Source: a virus
Lineage: Duplodnaviria > Heunggongvirae > Uroviricota > Caudoviricetes
Virus record (IMG/VR): IMGVR_UViG_2778261667_000012
Coordinates: 1 to 37,406 of that record
Reading direction: 5' to 3' (one strand)
Length of the DNA: 37,406 nucleotides
In this document: positions 16,966 through 25,924 of the stretch, in pieces
How the letters are laid out: every line of letters begins with the position of its first letter
Position numbering within the stretch: the stretch's first letter is position 1
Made by a program: the position numbers and the translations under genes
Notes under the pieces: model-generated
The model's input: only the letters and a program-made list of their open reading frames with translations
Told to the model about the DNA's origin: nothing
The model's database searches: none

Positions 16966-17979
16966 ATGAACATGACACCAGAAGCACAAAAGCTGGTTAA
17001 TCAGTACATCAGCGAACTGCAAAAAACATTCAGTGACTGCGGGAAATCAAGCGATCGTTTCTTTTCGCTGACCGAGCCACGCAGTATTGCCCTGCGTAAA
17101 GCCCTGCTGGAAAGCACAGAGTTTCTGAGTTTCATCACCTGCATGGACGTTCCGCACCCGCAGGGGCAGGTCGTCACCGTGGGCGAATCCACGCTGCGCA
17201 CCGGTCGCGTGAAAAGCGGTCGTTTCGCTAAAGGTTCGGGCATCAAAGGCAACGAATTTAAACTCGTTGAAACTGATTCCTGCTGCGTGATCACCTGGGA
17301 ACAACTCGCCATCTGGGCGAATGCCGGCAGCCCGCAGGAATTTTTCAACCTGATGAACTCCGCCGCCGTCACCAACTTTGCGCTGGACATGCTGCGCATT
17401 GGCTTTAACGGTAAAGAGGCTGCTGAAAACTCTGACCCGGAAAGTCACCCGAACGGCGAAGACGTCAACATCGGCTGGCATGAAATCGCCAAAAAGTGGG
17501 GAGAACAGCCCGGCAATACCTCCCGTATTCTGACGGACGCCGTTACCCTGGGCGAAGGCGGTGATTATGTCGGCCTTGATGCCATGGCCTCAGACCTGAT
17601 CCGCACTTATATCCCGGCGCAATATCACAACGATCCTCGCCTTACTGTGCTGGTTGGCGCAGACCTTGTGGCTGCTGAAGAACTACGCCTCTACAACAAA
17701 GAGGACAAGCCCACCGAAAAAGTGGCCGCACAGTTGCTGACGAAGAACATCGCAGGCCGCAAGGCCATCATTCCGCCGTTTATGCCGGGTAAGCGTATGG
17801 TGGTGACCATGCTGCCAAACCTGCAGATCCTGACGCTGAAGGATTCCCGCCGTCGTAAAGCGGAAGATGTGGGCGATCGCAAACAGTTCGAAAACTCATA
17901 CTGGCGTTACGAGGGGTACGCCCTGGGCGATCCGGATTTATATGCTGCCGTGGATGAGTCTGCGGTCACTATCGCCTGA
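16966..17979 (+). CDS. Major capsid protein (P2 gpN-like)
   Basis: 337-aa ORF following the scaffold gene. Confidence 0.8.
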   Translation: MNMTPEAQKLVNQYISELQKTFSDCGKSSDRFFSLTEPRSIALRKALLESTEFLSFITCMDVPHPQGQVVTVGESTLRTGRVKSGRFAKGSGIKGNEFKLVETDSCCVITWEQLAIWANAGSPQEFFNLMNSAAVTNFALDMLRIGFNGKEAAENSDPESHPNGEDVNIGWHEIAKKWGEQPGNTSRILTDAVTLGEGGDYVGLDAMASDLIRTYIPAQYHNDPRLTVLVGADLVAAEELRLYNKEDKPTEKVAAQLLTKNIAGRKAIIPPFMPGKRMVVTMLPNLQILTLKDSRRRKAEDVGDRKQFENSYWRYEGYALGDPDLYAAVDESAVTIA

Positions 17980-17996
17980 TAAACGGAGCGCACGGT

Positions 17997-18707
17997 ATGC
18001 CAACGCCAATGCAGCGACAACGTGCCCGACAGATGGATGAGCGCCGTGCGGCGCTCATGACCACAACGGACGGACGCGCCATCAGCACAGAGAGTCAGCA
18101 CATTAAACTGCTGGCACTGGATAACGACATCAGACAACTGCACAACATGGAGCTGCTGTCTGACAAGCTGGAATTCAAGCGGAGCACGCTGCTGCCCCGC
18201 TGGCTGCCACACGCACAGGCTTATCTGGAGGGGGAACGCGTCTATCAGAATCCCATTCTGGTGTACTGCATCATCTGGCTGTTCGATACCGGGCAGTTTG
18301 AGATGGCGCTGCGGTGGACTGACATTGCCATTGAGCAGGGGCAAAAGACGCCGGAGAACTTCAAAAGCGAGCTGCCAACGTTTGTGGCCCATTTCATTCT
18401 TGAATGGGCAGAAACCGAAGCTGAACGCGGGAACAGTATCGCGCCATATTTTCAGCAGGTGTTTGAAAAAATCCGTGACAAATGGCGCGTGAATGAACGC
18501 CTTGCTGCCCGCTACTGGCGCTTTGCAGGCGTCCTGCTGCTGCGCGGCGATGACGGTAAACCGCTGGCCAGTGCAATTAACGATCCGGAGAGACTGCAAC
18601 AGGCCGACCAGTGTCTGGAACGGGCTGCCTGGCTGCATCCCAAAATTCAGGTGAAAACCCTGCGCCAGCGCATTGCCGCAAGACTGCGCGCGTTGCAGGG
18701 CACGTAA
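17997..18707 (+). CDS. Terminase small/endonuclease subunit (P2 gpM-like)
   Basis: 236-aa ORF following the capsid gene; position and size match P2 M. Confidence 0.75.
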   Translation: MPTPMQRQRARQMDERRAALMTTTDGRAISTESQHIKLLALDNDIRQLHNMELLSDKLEFKRSTLLPRWLPHAQAYLEGERVYQNPILVYCIIWLFDTGQFEMALRWTDIAIEQGQKTPENFKSELPTFVAHFILEWAETEAERGNSIAPYFQQVFEKIRDKWRVNERLAARYWRFAGVLLLRGDDGKPLASAINDPERLQQADQCLERAAWLHPKIQVKTLRQRIAARLRALQGT

Positions 18708-18805
18708 ACGACTCCCAACAACCGGGCGGGCGCGGTGGAGGTGTGCCGGCAAAAGCCATCAGCACACTGCGGAAACCGGTCAGCCCGCCTTTCCCCGGAG
18801 TGAGC

Positions 18806-19300
18806 ATGTTTGACGGGAAAAGCATTCACTATCAGCAGGCCATTATTCAGAACGATGGATTCTGGCCGGATATTGATGCCGGCGATTTTGAAAAGAGCCG
18901 CAGCATCCCCGCCGTCACGTCACACGAAACGGTGCTGACGGCGCTGCTTTGCGCGGTAACAGAGATTAACACTGAACTGGCTGCACGCCGTGAATACTGG
19001 CAGGAACAGGGCTACATCCGGGCCGCTGATATTCCGGGTTACACCGTGTTGCAACCAGAGCCGCGCAATACAGGCGCACAACCTGAACGGATGCAGAATC
19101 ACATTACAGCACTGTACACCAAGGCCGTGTATGCACGCGCAAAGGCCGATCTTTTGCCGGAATCTGCCAGCGTGGGGCGGCGCGAGGCGCAACCCTCATC
19201 AGAAGCCAGCGAGAGTCGCCGGACGTTGCTGGCTGAAGCGGCCATGGCGGTGCGGGCGCTGCTGGGCCGACCACGTGCATCCATCGCGCTGATTGATTAA
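18806..19300 (+). CDS. Head completion/stabilisation protein (P2 gpL-like); start at internal ATG
   Basis: About 165-aa product from the ATG at 18806; the track ORF 18611..19300 begins upstream in the same frame. Confidence 0.7.
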   Translation: MFDGKSIHYQQAIIQNDGFWPDIDAGDFEKSRSIPAVTSHETVLTALLCAVTEINTELAARREYWQEQGYIRAADIPGYTVLQPEPRNTGAQPERMQNHITALYTKAVYARAKADLLPESASVGRREAQPSSEASESRRTLLAEAAMAVRALLGRPRASIALID

Positions 19301-19309
19301 GGAAATGGT

Positions 19310-19783
19310 ATGACGCAACTCGCCAGCCTGACGGCATTCATTGAAAACAATCTGCCGGCACGCGCACGCATTCCGTTCACCAGTGACATGGATGACATCA
19401 CGCTCGTTCCGTTTACGAAGTCGCTGGGGCACGGGCAGTTATGTACGCAGGTTCGAAAATATACGGCTTTTCTGCGATGGGACGCATGGCCCTACCGCAA
19501 ACTGAATCCGGATTTGGTGTTTTCTCTGGTTGAAGCCTGGCTGGCAGACAACGGCGGCGACCTGCGCCAGCGCCTGGCACCGGATGCGCCAGCCGTTGAC
19601 GTCGAAGTGGATGATGAAAATGAAGTGGCATGGCTGGAAATCAGTCTGCCGCTGGTTGATCCCATCACCCTGGTTGAGGACGAAAACGGCCCCATCCCCA
19701 GAGGCGGGAAACGTTACCAGCTGGAAAAGCCTGAAATCTGGGTGGCTCAGGCGCATCAGCTTCACTGTCAGGTGATGCCATGA
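19310..19783 (+). CDS. Tail completion protein (P2 gpR-like)
   Basis: 157 aa; segments …LVFSLVEAWLADNGG… and …ISLPLVDPITLVEDENG… resemble P2 R as recalled. Confidence 0.6.
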   Translation: MTQLASLTAFIENNLPARARIPFTSDMDDITLVPFTKSLGHGQLCTQVRKYTAFLRWDAWPYRKLNPDLVFSLVEAWLADNGGDLRQRLAPDAPAVDVEVDDENEVAWLEISLPLVDPITLVEDENGPIPRGGKRYQLEKPEIWVAQAHQLHCQVMP

Positions 19784-20493
19784 CGCGCCCCGTGATTAAC
19801 GAGTCACAACTCCGGCAGGTTCGTCGCGCCATCAGAGAGGCAGAACTTCCGCCGGCAAAGGCCAGAAAGCTGTTGGTTCGCATTGCGAAATACGGCCTGA
19901 TACCGGCTGCACGACGCAATGTGAAAGCACAGCGAACACCGGAGGGGGCAGCCTGGGCACCACGAAAAAGACCGGATAAAGCCAGCGGCAGGTATAAAAA
20001 CAAAATGCTGCTGGGACTGCCGAAACTGCTGGCCATCAGGGTTGATGGCAGCGGGAAAAGTGTCCGCCTTTTCTTCAAAAAAGGGGATTACAACACCGGC
20101 TCTCATGGTGGGGCGGTTGCGTGGGTGCAACAGCACGGCGCAACCATCAAAGGCCGCGCCACAAAACGCCGGGACAGCGAAGCCATGCGCACCCGTCCCG
20201 CCACACGACGGCAGGCAGAACGCCTTCTTTCTCTGGGCTTTCGCGCCCCCGTCGGCGCGGTCAGCAAAAAAACCGGACGCAGGGGATACAGAAAACCTTC
20301 CCTGAAATGGATTATGGAAAACATGAGTATGGCGCAGGCCGGGCTGGTGATCAGCATTCTGAAAGGCGAGCAGAAAAAACGTGTATGGGAAATCAAAATT
20401 CCCTCCCGCGCATTTCTGGGAGCCAGTAACGCTGAATTTGCCCGCATTCTGGAGGCGCAATTGCGCAGCCTGCATTACGGCGGCACGAGATAA
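19780..20493 (+). CDS. Virion morphogenesis/tail completion protein (P2 gpS-like)
   Basis: …TPEGAAWAPRKR… resembles the gpS motif (…APDGTPYAPRK…) as recalled; ATGA-coupled to R. Confidence 0.6.
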   Translation: MTRPVINESQLRQVRRAIREAELPPAKARKLLVRIAKYGLIPAARRNVKAQRTPEGAAWAPRKRPDKASGRYKNKMLLGLPKLLAIRVDGSGKSVRLFFKKGDYNTGSHGGAVAWVQQHGATIKGRATKRRDSEAMRTRPATRRQAERLLSLGFRAPVGAVSKKTGRRGYRKPSLKWIMENMSMAQAGLVISILKGEQKKRVWEIKIPSRAFLGASNAEFARILEAQLRSLHYGGTR

Positions 20494-20512
20494 CAAAATC
20501 AGGAGACAAATC

Positions 20513-21661
20513 ATGACCTGGCCATCTGTCACGATCGAACAGTACAACACATTCAGCAGTTCACCGGACGGCGTGGAAAATACACTGCTGTTTGTGGGCA
20601 ATGCACAAAACAACAAAGGTAAGGTTCTGCCGGTTAACGCTAACAGCGATCTGGATGAACTGCTGGGAACGAACGCCAGCCCGCTGAAGAATTTCCTTCA
20701 GTCCGCACTGACCAATGCCGGGCAGAACGCCTTTTTCTATGTTGCCGTTCTGCCGGAAGCAGGCAGGGGCAAAGAAGCGACGCCAGCCTGCCAGGCATGG
20801 CAGAACGCCATACTGGCGGCTCAGGAAACTGTTTCAGTTGAAGGCGTGGTGATCACCGAACCGGTCAGCACGAAGGATGACATCAACGCCATACAGGCGT
20901 TACGTCAGACCATCATCAATAAATATCAGCGCCGCATCTGGTTCATTCTGACCATTGCCGCCAATAACTGCAGCAAAACCTGGGCAGATTACGTTGCTGA
21001 ACTGACCACGCTACAGGAAGGCATCGCCGCCCCGCAAATCATGCTGGTTCCGGAAATTTTTGGCTTTGAACCGGGCGTTCTTGCCGGCCGTCTGTGTAAC
21101 AGCGCCGTCACCATTGCTGACAGTCCGGCGCGTGTGGCAACCGGGGGCCTGTCCGCACTGAAAACCACTGAACGCCCGAAGGACAGCGCAGGGCAGGCAA
21201 TTGATCTCGCCACCCTGCAGGCACTGGCAACCGCCCGCTACAGCGTGCCCATGTGGTATGCCGACTATGACGGCCTTTACTGGGCTGACGGTGTAACACT
21301 TGAAGTGGAAGGTGGGGACTACAACGTCATTGAGCATGTCCGCATTGCTGATAAGGTGGCGCGCCGCGTGCGGCTGATAGCCATCCCCAAGATTGCAGAT
21401 CGCTCGCTGAACAGCACGCCGGGTAGCATTGCCGCACATGAAACGCTGTTTGCCCGCCCACTGCGTGCCATGGCGAAATCCACGCAAATTAACGGCATCA
21501 CATTTCCGGGAGAAGTGAAATCGCCCCGGAAAGGCGACGTGGTTATCACCTGGCAGGACGAAAAGACGGTCAGCATCAGCATTGTCGTCCGCCCTTACGC
21601 CTGCCCTAAAACCATCAAAGTGGGCATTCAGCTGGATAAATCTCTGGAGGAAAACGCATGA
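20513..21661 (+). CDS. Putative tail sheath protein (start at 20513, not the track's 20381)
   Basis: 382-aa product with an AGGAG RBS; sits between the tail-completion and tube genes. Assignment is mainly positional. Confidence 0.55.
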   Translation: MTWPSVTIEQYNTFSSSPDGVENTLLFVGNAQNNKGKVLPVNANSDLDELLGTNASPLKNFLQSALTNAGQNAFFYVAVLPEAGRGKEATPACQAWQNAILAAQETVSVEGVVITEPVSTKDDINAIQALRQTIINKYQRRIWFILTIAANNCSKTWADYVAELTTLQEGIAAPQIMLVPEIFGFEPGVLAGRLCNSAVTIADSPARVATGGLSALKTTERPKDSAGQAIDLATLQALATARYSVPMWYADYDGLYWADGVTLEVEGGDYNVIEHVRIADKVARRVRLIAIPKIADRSLNSTPGSIAAHETLFARPLRAMAKSTQINGITFPGEVKSPRKGDVVITWQDEKTVSISIVVRPYACPKTIKVGIQLDKSLEENA

Positions 21662-22113
21662 CGACCCGCATTAACGGCATGGCGTTTGACACTTTTATCG
21701 GTGGAACGGATATCCATGTGAAAAGCATCTCACTGGACATCAGCGATGAAAGCGCCGTTGCCAAAACCCGTGGCATCCCTGACGGCAAACTGCGCGGCCC
21801 TGTCAGTGCCGAAGGTGAAATCGAAATGAGTACCCGCAGCTTTAACCAGCTCGGGGAAGTGGCTGCTCAGGCGGGATCGTGGCGTGACCTGCCGCCAATG
21901 GATTTTGTGTTTTACGCCAATACGGGAACCGAAGAAATCCGCGTTGAAGCCTTCGGTTGTGAGCTGATGCTTTCCGGCCTGTTAAGCATTGACACCGAGA
22001 GCGCAGATCTGACCACGCACAAAATCAAGTACGTGGTGGCAAGCCCTGACTTTGTGCGTATCAACGGCGTGCCCGTTCTCTCAGAGAACGACGTGCGCGG
22101 ACTGATGGGGTGA
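21658..22113 (+). CDS. Putative tail tube protein
   Basis: 151 aa, ATGA-coupled to the sheath candidate; positional assignment. Confidence 0.5.
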   Translation: MTTRINGMAFDTFIGGTDIHVKSISLDISDESAVAKTRGIPDGKLRGPVSAEGEIEMSTRSFNQLGEVAAQAGSWRDLPPMDFVFYANTGTEEIRVEAFGCELMLSGLLSIDTESADLTTHKIKYVVASPDFVRINGVPVLSENDVRGLMG

Positions 22114-22116
22114 ACC

Positions 22117-22413
22117 ATGCAGGAGCATGAGCGCACCATTATCACTCTGGGCATTCTGGGCGGAATCGCTGCCGCAAGTCGGGTGCTGGCTGGCGCAGAG
22201 CCGATTACGTTGCGGTTGTTTGTGGGCCGAACCCTGCTGGGGAGCGCGCTGGGTGTTTCTGCCGCTGCCCTGCTGGTTCGCTACCCGAATCTTGACCCAC
22301 TGGCCATTGCCGGCGCAGGCACCGCAATGGGCGTTGCCGGTTACCAGATTGTTGAAATCTTCCTGCGTCATATGCGCCGGAAGCTGGACGAGAAAGAGAA
22401 CAAAGAGGAGTAA
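22117..22413 (+). CDS. Putative holin
   Basis: 98 aa with 2-3 hydrophobic helices and a highly charged C-terminus (…RRKLDEKENKEE), immediately upstream of the endolysin. Confidence 0.5.
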   Translation: MQEHERTIITLGILGGIAAASRVLAGAEPITLRLFVGRTLLGSALGVSAAALLVRYPNLDPLAIAGAGTAMGVAGYQIVEIFLRHMRRKLDEKENKEE

Positions 22414-22418
22414 CCGCA

Positions 22419-22526
22419 ATGTTGTCCCGCAGGGAACAAAAAGCCGCTGCCATTGCCTGGAAAATTATCCGGGCACTGTGGTACTGGCTGCGCAAACCTC
22501 AGCAACCTCATAAGGAGCAAAAATGA
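22419..22526 (+). CDS. Small basic amphipathic ORF (35 aa) between holin and endolysin; not in the ORF track
   Basis: GAGGAG RBS 8 nt upstream; ATGA-overlaps the endolysin start. Translation MLSRREQKAAAIAWKIIRALWYWLRKPQQPHKEQK. Confidence 0.25.
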   Translation: MLSRREQKAAAIAWKIIRALWYWLRKPQQPHKEQK

Positions 22527-22864
22527 AACTCTCCGATAAGCAACAACAATTTACCGTCATGATCGGAAAACTCATCCAGTTTGCCCATCAGCGCGGTTAT
22601 GGCCTGACGTTCGGTGAGGCGTACCGCACGCCAGAACAGGCAAAACTCAACGCACAAAAGGGATCCGGCATTGCCAACAGCCTGCACTGCCAGCGGCTGG
22701 CCGTGGATTTTAATCTGTTTATTAACGGTGAATATCAGACCCGCACAGAGGCCTACCGCGAGCTGGGCGAGTACTGGGAATCCCTTGGTGGCGCATGGGG
22801 CGGTCGTTTTAAAAACCGCCCGGATGGCAATCATTTCAGCCTTGAGCACGACGGCGTGCGCTGA
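22523..22864 (+). CDS. Endolysin, peptidase M15 family (L-alanyl-D-glutamate peptidase-type)
   Basis: 113 aa with zinc-ligand motifs SLHCQRLAVD and …GNHFSLEHD characteristic of M15 peptidases. Confidence 0.75.
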   Translation: MKLSDKQQQFTVMIGKLIQFAHQRGYGLTFGEAYRTPEQAKLNAQKGSGIANSLHCQRLAVDFNLFINGEYQTRTEAYRELGEYWESLGGAWGGRFKNRPDGNHFSLEHDGVR

Positions 22865-22870
22865 TTTTAC

Positions 22871-22902
22871 GCTTAATAAGCCTTCCTGCAGGCTTATTAA
22901 GC
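22871..22902 (+). terminator. Hairpin after the lysis cassette (12-bp perfect stem, 8-nt loop)
   Basis: gcttaataagcc-ttcctgca-ggcttattaagc followed by a pyrimidine/T-rich tail; read directly. Confidence 0.4.
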
Positions 22903-22928
22903 CCTCTTATTCTTGACTTTAAAAGGAA

Positions 22929-23222
22929 ATGATGATGAACGATAAAAACACCCAGACTACCGCAGAGAACACCATCACTTTACAGGTCGGCGAGCATGAA
23001 CTGACGTTTATCCCGACCGTAAAAGCCTACAACGACCTGCAGAACGACTTCATGCCGGATAACAAAATCGCGCCGCTGAAAAACTACCTGCGCCGTATCG
23101 TGATTAAAGAGCACCGCGATCTGCTGAACCAGCTGCTGGAAAAACCAGGAATGCCGGCCAGCCTGGCAACAGCCGTGAATAACGAGTTTGTGCCGGAAGT
23201 GGAAATCACCGTAAAAAAATAA
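22929..23222 (+). CDS. Tail assembly chaperone (P2 gpE-like), zero-frame product
   Basis: 97-aa ORF immediately upstream of the tape measure gene, ending in an A7 slippery site. Confidence 0.6.
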   Translation: MMMNDKNTQTTAENTITLQVGEHELTFIPTVKAYNDLQNDFMPDNKIAPLKNYLRRIVIKEHRDLLNQLLEKPGMPASLATAVNNEFVPEVEITVKK

Positions 23223-23410
23223 AAAGCCATCTGGGAGCCATTGATCGCAATGACCTTACCCGGATGCTGATTCTGCGCCGCCACTGGCTGCCCGGCGAGG
23301 ATGACTCGCCGCAGTCACTGGCTGCCGCCGTCTGGCTGGATAACCACTACTGGGAAAATATGAGCATCGCCGTCAATAACGGCATTATCCGTGCTTTTAA
23401 GGGATCGTAA
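22929..23410 (+). CDS. Frameshift-extended tail chaperone (E+E'-like) via -1 slip at A_AAA_AAA (23213-23219)
   Basis: The -1 frame is open from the slip site to TAA at 23408-23410 (I traced it codon by codon); its stop overlaps the tape measure ATG by 1 nt. Confidence 0.5.
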
Positions 23411-25584
23411 TGTCACAACAGCGCCTTGAATTACTTCTTGAACTGACAGACCGCCTGACAAGGCCGTTGCGTGCAGCCGGGCGACAGGTTCAGGGATTTG
23501 CTGCAACAAGTCGGGGAGCCTTTCGGGACATTGCTACCGGAGGCGCTGCGCTCTGGGGAGTGGGTGCAGCCATTCAGGGGGCACTGATGCCAGCCATTGA
23601 AATGGACAGGGCGCTCGGTGAGGTGAAATCACTGGGCGTCGCAGAGTCCGGATTGCGTAAACTCAGCCGCGCCGCCGTTGATTTCACTATGGAATACGGC
23701 GGGGCTGCGCAGGATTTTGTGCGTGCGTCATACGACATCCAGTCAGCCATTGCCGGGTTAACTGACGATGAGCTGTCCCGCTTCACCACCGCATCAGCAA
23801 CGGTGGCAGCAGCAACCAAATCCAGCAGCCAGACCATTACCGCCTACATGGGCACCATGTACGGCATCTTTAAAGACCAGGCTGATGCCATGGGAAAAAG
23901 CAAATGGGTGGAGCAGGTCGCCGGGCAAACCGCCACCGCCGTGCAAATGTTTAAAACAACCGGCGATAACATGTCAGCGGCGTTCACCACGCTGGGTGCC
24001 AGTGCAAAAGCGGCCGGTATTGATGCGGCTGAACAGTTCGCCGTGCTGGGACAACTACAGGCCACCATGAGTGGCAGCGAGGCAGGGACGAAATACAAAG
24101 CATTTCTTGCCGCAGTAGGCAGCGCCCAGAAAAAGCTGGGGCTTAATTTCGTGAATAAAGACGGCACGATGAAAAGTGTTGTCGAGATCATGAAACTTAT
24201 CAGGGGCAAATTTGGTGATCTGTCAAAAGTGGCTGATTCCGATTTGCTGAAAAGCGCCTTTGGCTCCGATGAAGCTGTGGCCATGATTAAATTACTCAAT
24301 GCGGACATTGGCGGACTTGAAAAGAATATCGCCACGCTGGGCAATATCAAAGGTATGGATAAGGCTGTCGAAATGGCACAAGCCATGGCCGATCCATGGG
24401 AACAGGCCGCTGCAATTATTAACGGCATTCGCATCGAAATTGGCACGCAGTTGTTGCCTGTTCTGTACCCGTTTATCCAGAAAAGCAACGAAGGCGGCAA
24501 ATCCTTTGTTGCCTGGTTACGTCTGTATCCAAACATCACGCGCGCAATTGGTTTACTGGCGGGGACTTTTCTTAGCCTCGCAACCGTTGGCGCTCTCAGC
24601 AATATCATCATGGGACTGTTCAGCTTTGTAACAAAAGGGCTGATTGCCCCCGTAACAGGCTTAATAAAGCTTCTCAGGTTAAGCGCATTGCGAAATACAC
24701 TGGCCGCTGCTGCAACAGGGGCTTATGCCGCTGCACAACAATATCTGAACAGGGTCATGCTGGTTTCAATGCTGACAGGACGCGGCTTTCTTACCACCAT
24801 GCTGATGATGAGCGGGCCCATTCTGCTTATTGGTGCAGCCATTGCAGCAGTTGTTGCTCTTGTCTGGAAATTCTGGGAACCCATCAAAGCGTTTTTCAGC
24901 GGATTCATTCAGGGGTTCAGCGATGCATGGAAGACTATTTCACTTGGCTCTCCCATTCTGGCCGATATCGGCGCTGTTTTTGGTTTTGTATGGGATGCCA
25001 TCAAAACAGCATTTAACTGGCTGATGAATTTACTCACACCGGTAGAACTGACGGGCGAAGCGTTCGGACGCGCCAGCGATGCCGGTGCGTCTTTTGGCCG
25101 TATCGTTGCCACAGCAATCAACTGGATCCTGACGCCCACTGAAATCATGCTCGGACTGTTATCAAAAGTGTGGCAGGCCCTGCTCATTATTCTGCAGGGG
25201 TATAAGGATATCTGGAACAGCCTGGATATTACTCACCCCCTAGATTCACTGAAAAATCTGGCTTCCGGGATCCTGGCTATTTTCAGCAACCTCTGGGAAC
25301 TGGTGAAACAGTCCTTCAGTGATTCATGGGGCTGGATTGTGGACAAACTCAACATGATCCCCGGCGTTAACATCGGCACATCAGAAAGCACAGGAAGTGG
25401 CGAAGGCTCCGTATTAACCGGCGGTAAAGCCATCAGCGCGGGGCCGGGTGGCATTGCGGCAGAAATGCAGAACAACAGCGAAAACCAGACCACCATCGAC
25501 AACTCCCGTCGTGTGGTCAACGTCAATGTGCAGGATCCATCCCCTGCCCGTCTTAACGAGTGGATGGAGCTGCATGCATACTGA
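23410..25584 (+). CDS. Tail tape measure protein
   Basis: 724 aa, Ala/Gly-rich and helical, with a C-terminal hydrophobic region; follows the chaperone frameshift pair. Confidence 0.85.
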   Translation: MSQQRLELLLELTDRLTRPLRAAGRQVQGFAATSRGAFRDIATGGAALWGVGAAIQGALMPAIEMDRALGEVKSLGVAESGLRKLSRAAVDFTMEYGGAAQDFVRASYDIQSAIAGLTDDELSRFTTASATVAAATKSSSQTITAYMGTMYGIFKDQADAMGKSKWVEQVAGQTATAVQMFKTTGDNMSAAFTTLGASAKAAGIDAAEQFAVLGQLQATMSGSEAGTKYKAFLAAVGSAQKKLGLNFVNKDGTMKSVVEIMKLIRGKFGDLSKVADSDLLKSAFGSDEAVAMIKLLNADIGGLEKNIATLGNIKGMDKAVEMAQAMADPWEQAAAIINGIRIEIGTQLLPVLYPFIQKSNEGGKSFVAWLRLYPNITRAIGLLAGTFLSLATVGALSNIIMGLFSFVTKGLIAPVTGLIKLLRLSALRNTLAAAATGAYAAAQQYLNRVMLVSMLTGRGFLTTMLMMSGPILLIGAAIAAVVALVWKFWEPIKAFFSGFIQGFSDAWKTISLGSPILADIGAVFGFVWDAIKTAFNWLMNLLTPVELTGEAFGRASDAGASFGRIVATAINWILTPTEIMLGLLSKVWQALLIILQGYKDIWNSLDITHPLDSLKNLASGILAIFSNLWELVKQSFSDSWGWIVDKLNMIPGVNIGTSESTGSGEGSVLTGGKAISAGPGGIAAEMQNNSENQTTIDNSRRVVNVNVQDPSPARLNEWMELHAY

Positions 25585-25924
25585 TAAAACGCTTTACATT
25601 GATTTGCTCATCACCGGCCGCAATCTCACGCTGAACAGCGCCAGTGAGCCGGTGTTATGCAACAACAGGGAAAGTATTGCCCAGGACTGCCAGCACGCCA
25701 TCATTGAGAGCGGACTGGCAACGCGCCTGCTGGCTGAAAAAAGCCCGACGCTTCGTGCCGACATCATGATGCAGATGACACTGCTGATTGAAGATGATGA
25801 GCGTATTACGCCTGGCACGGTCAGTGTGACAGAAGAAACCCCGCTTTCTGGTCGCCTGCTGATTAGCGCCCACACCGAAGATTTTTTTGAACCCCTGACT
25901 TTTACGGTATCTCTTGATGATTAA
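25574..25924 (+). CDS. Small baseplate protein (gpW/gp25-like?); start at internal ATG
   Basis: 116-aa product with a GGAG RBS; located between the tape measure and the J-like gene. Family assignment is tentative. Confidence 0.4.
   Translation: MHTDKTLYIDLLITGRNLTLNSASEPVLCNNRESIAQDCQHAIIESGLATRLLAEKSPTLRADIMMQMTLLIEDDERITPGTVSVTEETPLSGRLLISAHTEDFFEPLTFTVSLDD

Noticed and set aside
17907-18752. 281-aa minus-strand ORF
   Set aside because: Antisense to the well-supported small terminase gene; no RBS or family signal.
19804-20616. 270-aa minus-strand ORF
   Set aside because: Antisense to the gpS-like and sheath genes; shadow ORF.
22614-22916. 100-aa alternative-frame ORF embedded in the endolysin gene, considered as a possible embedded spanin
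   Set aside because: No convincing lipobox (…LPTAC is not a good match) and no clear TM/periplasmic organisation; it remains possible but is unsupported.
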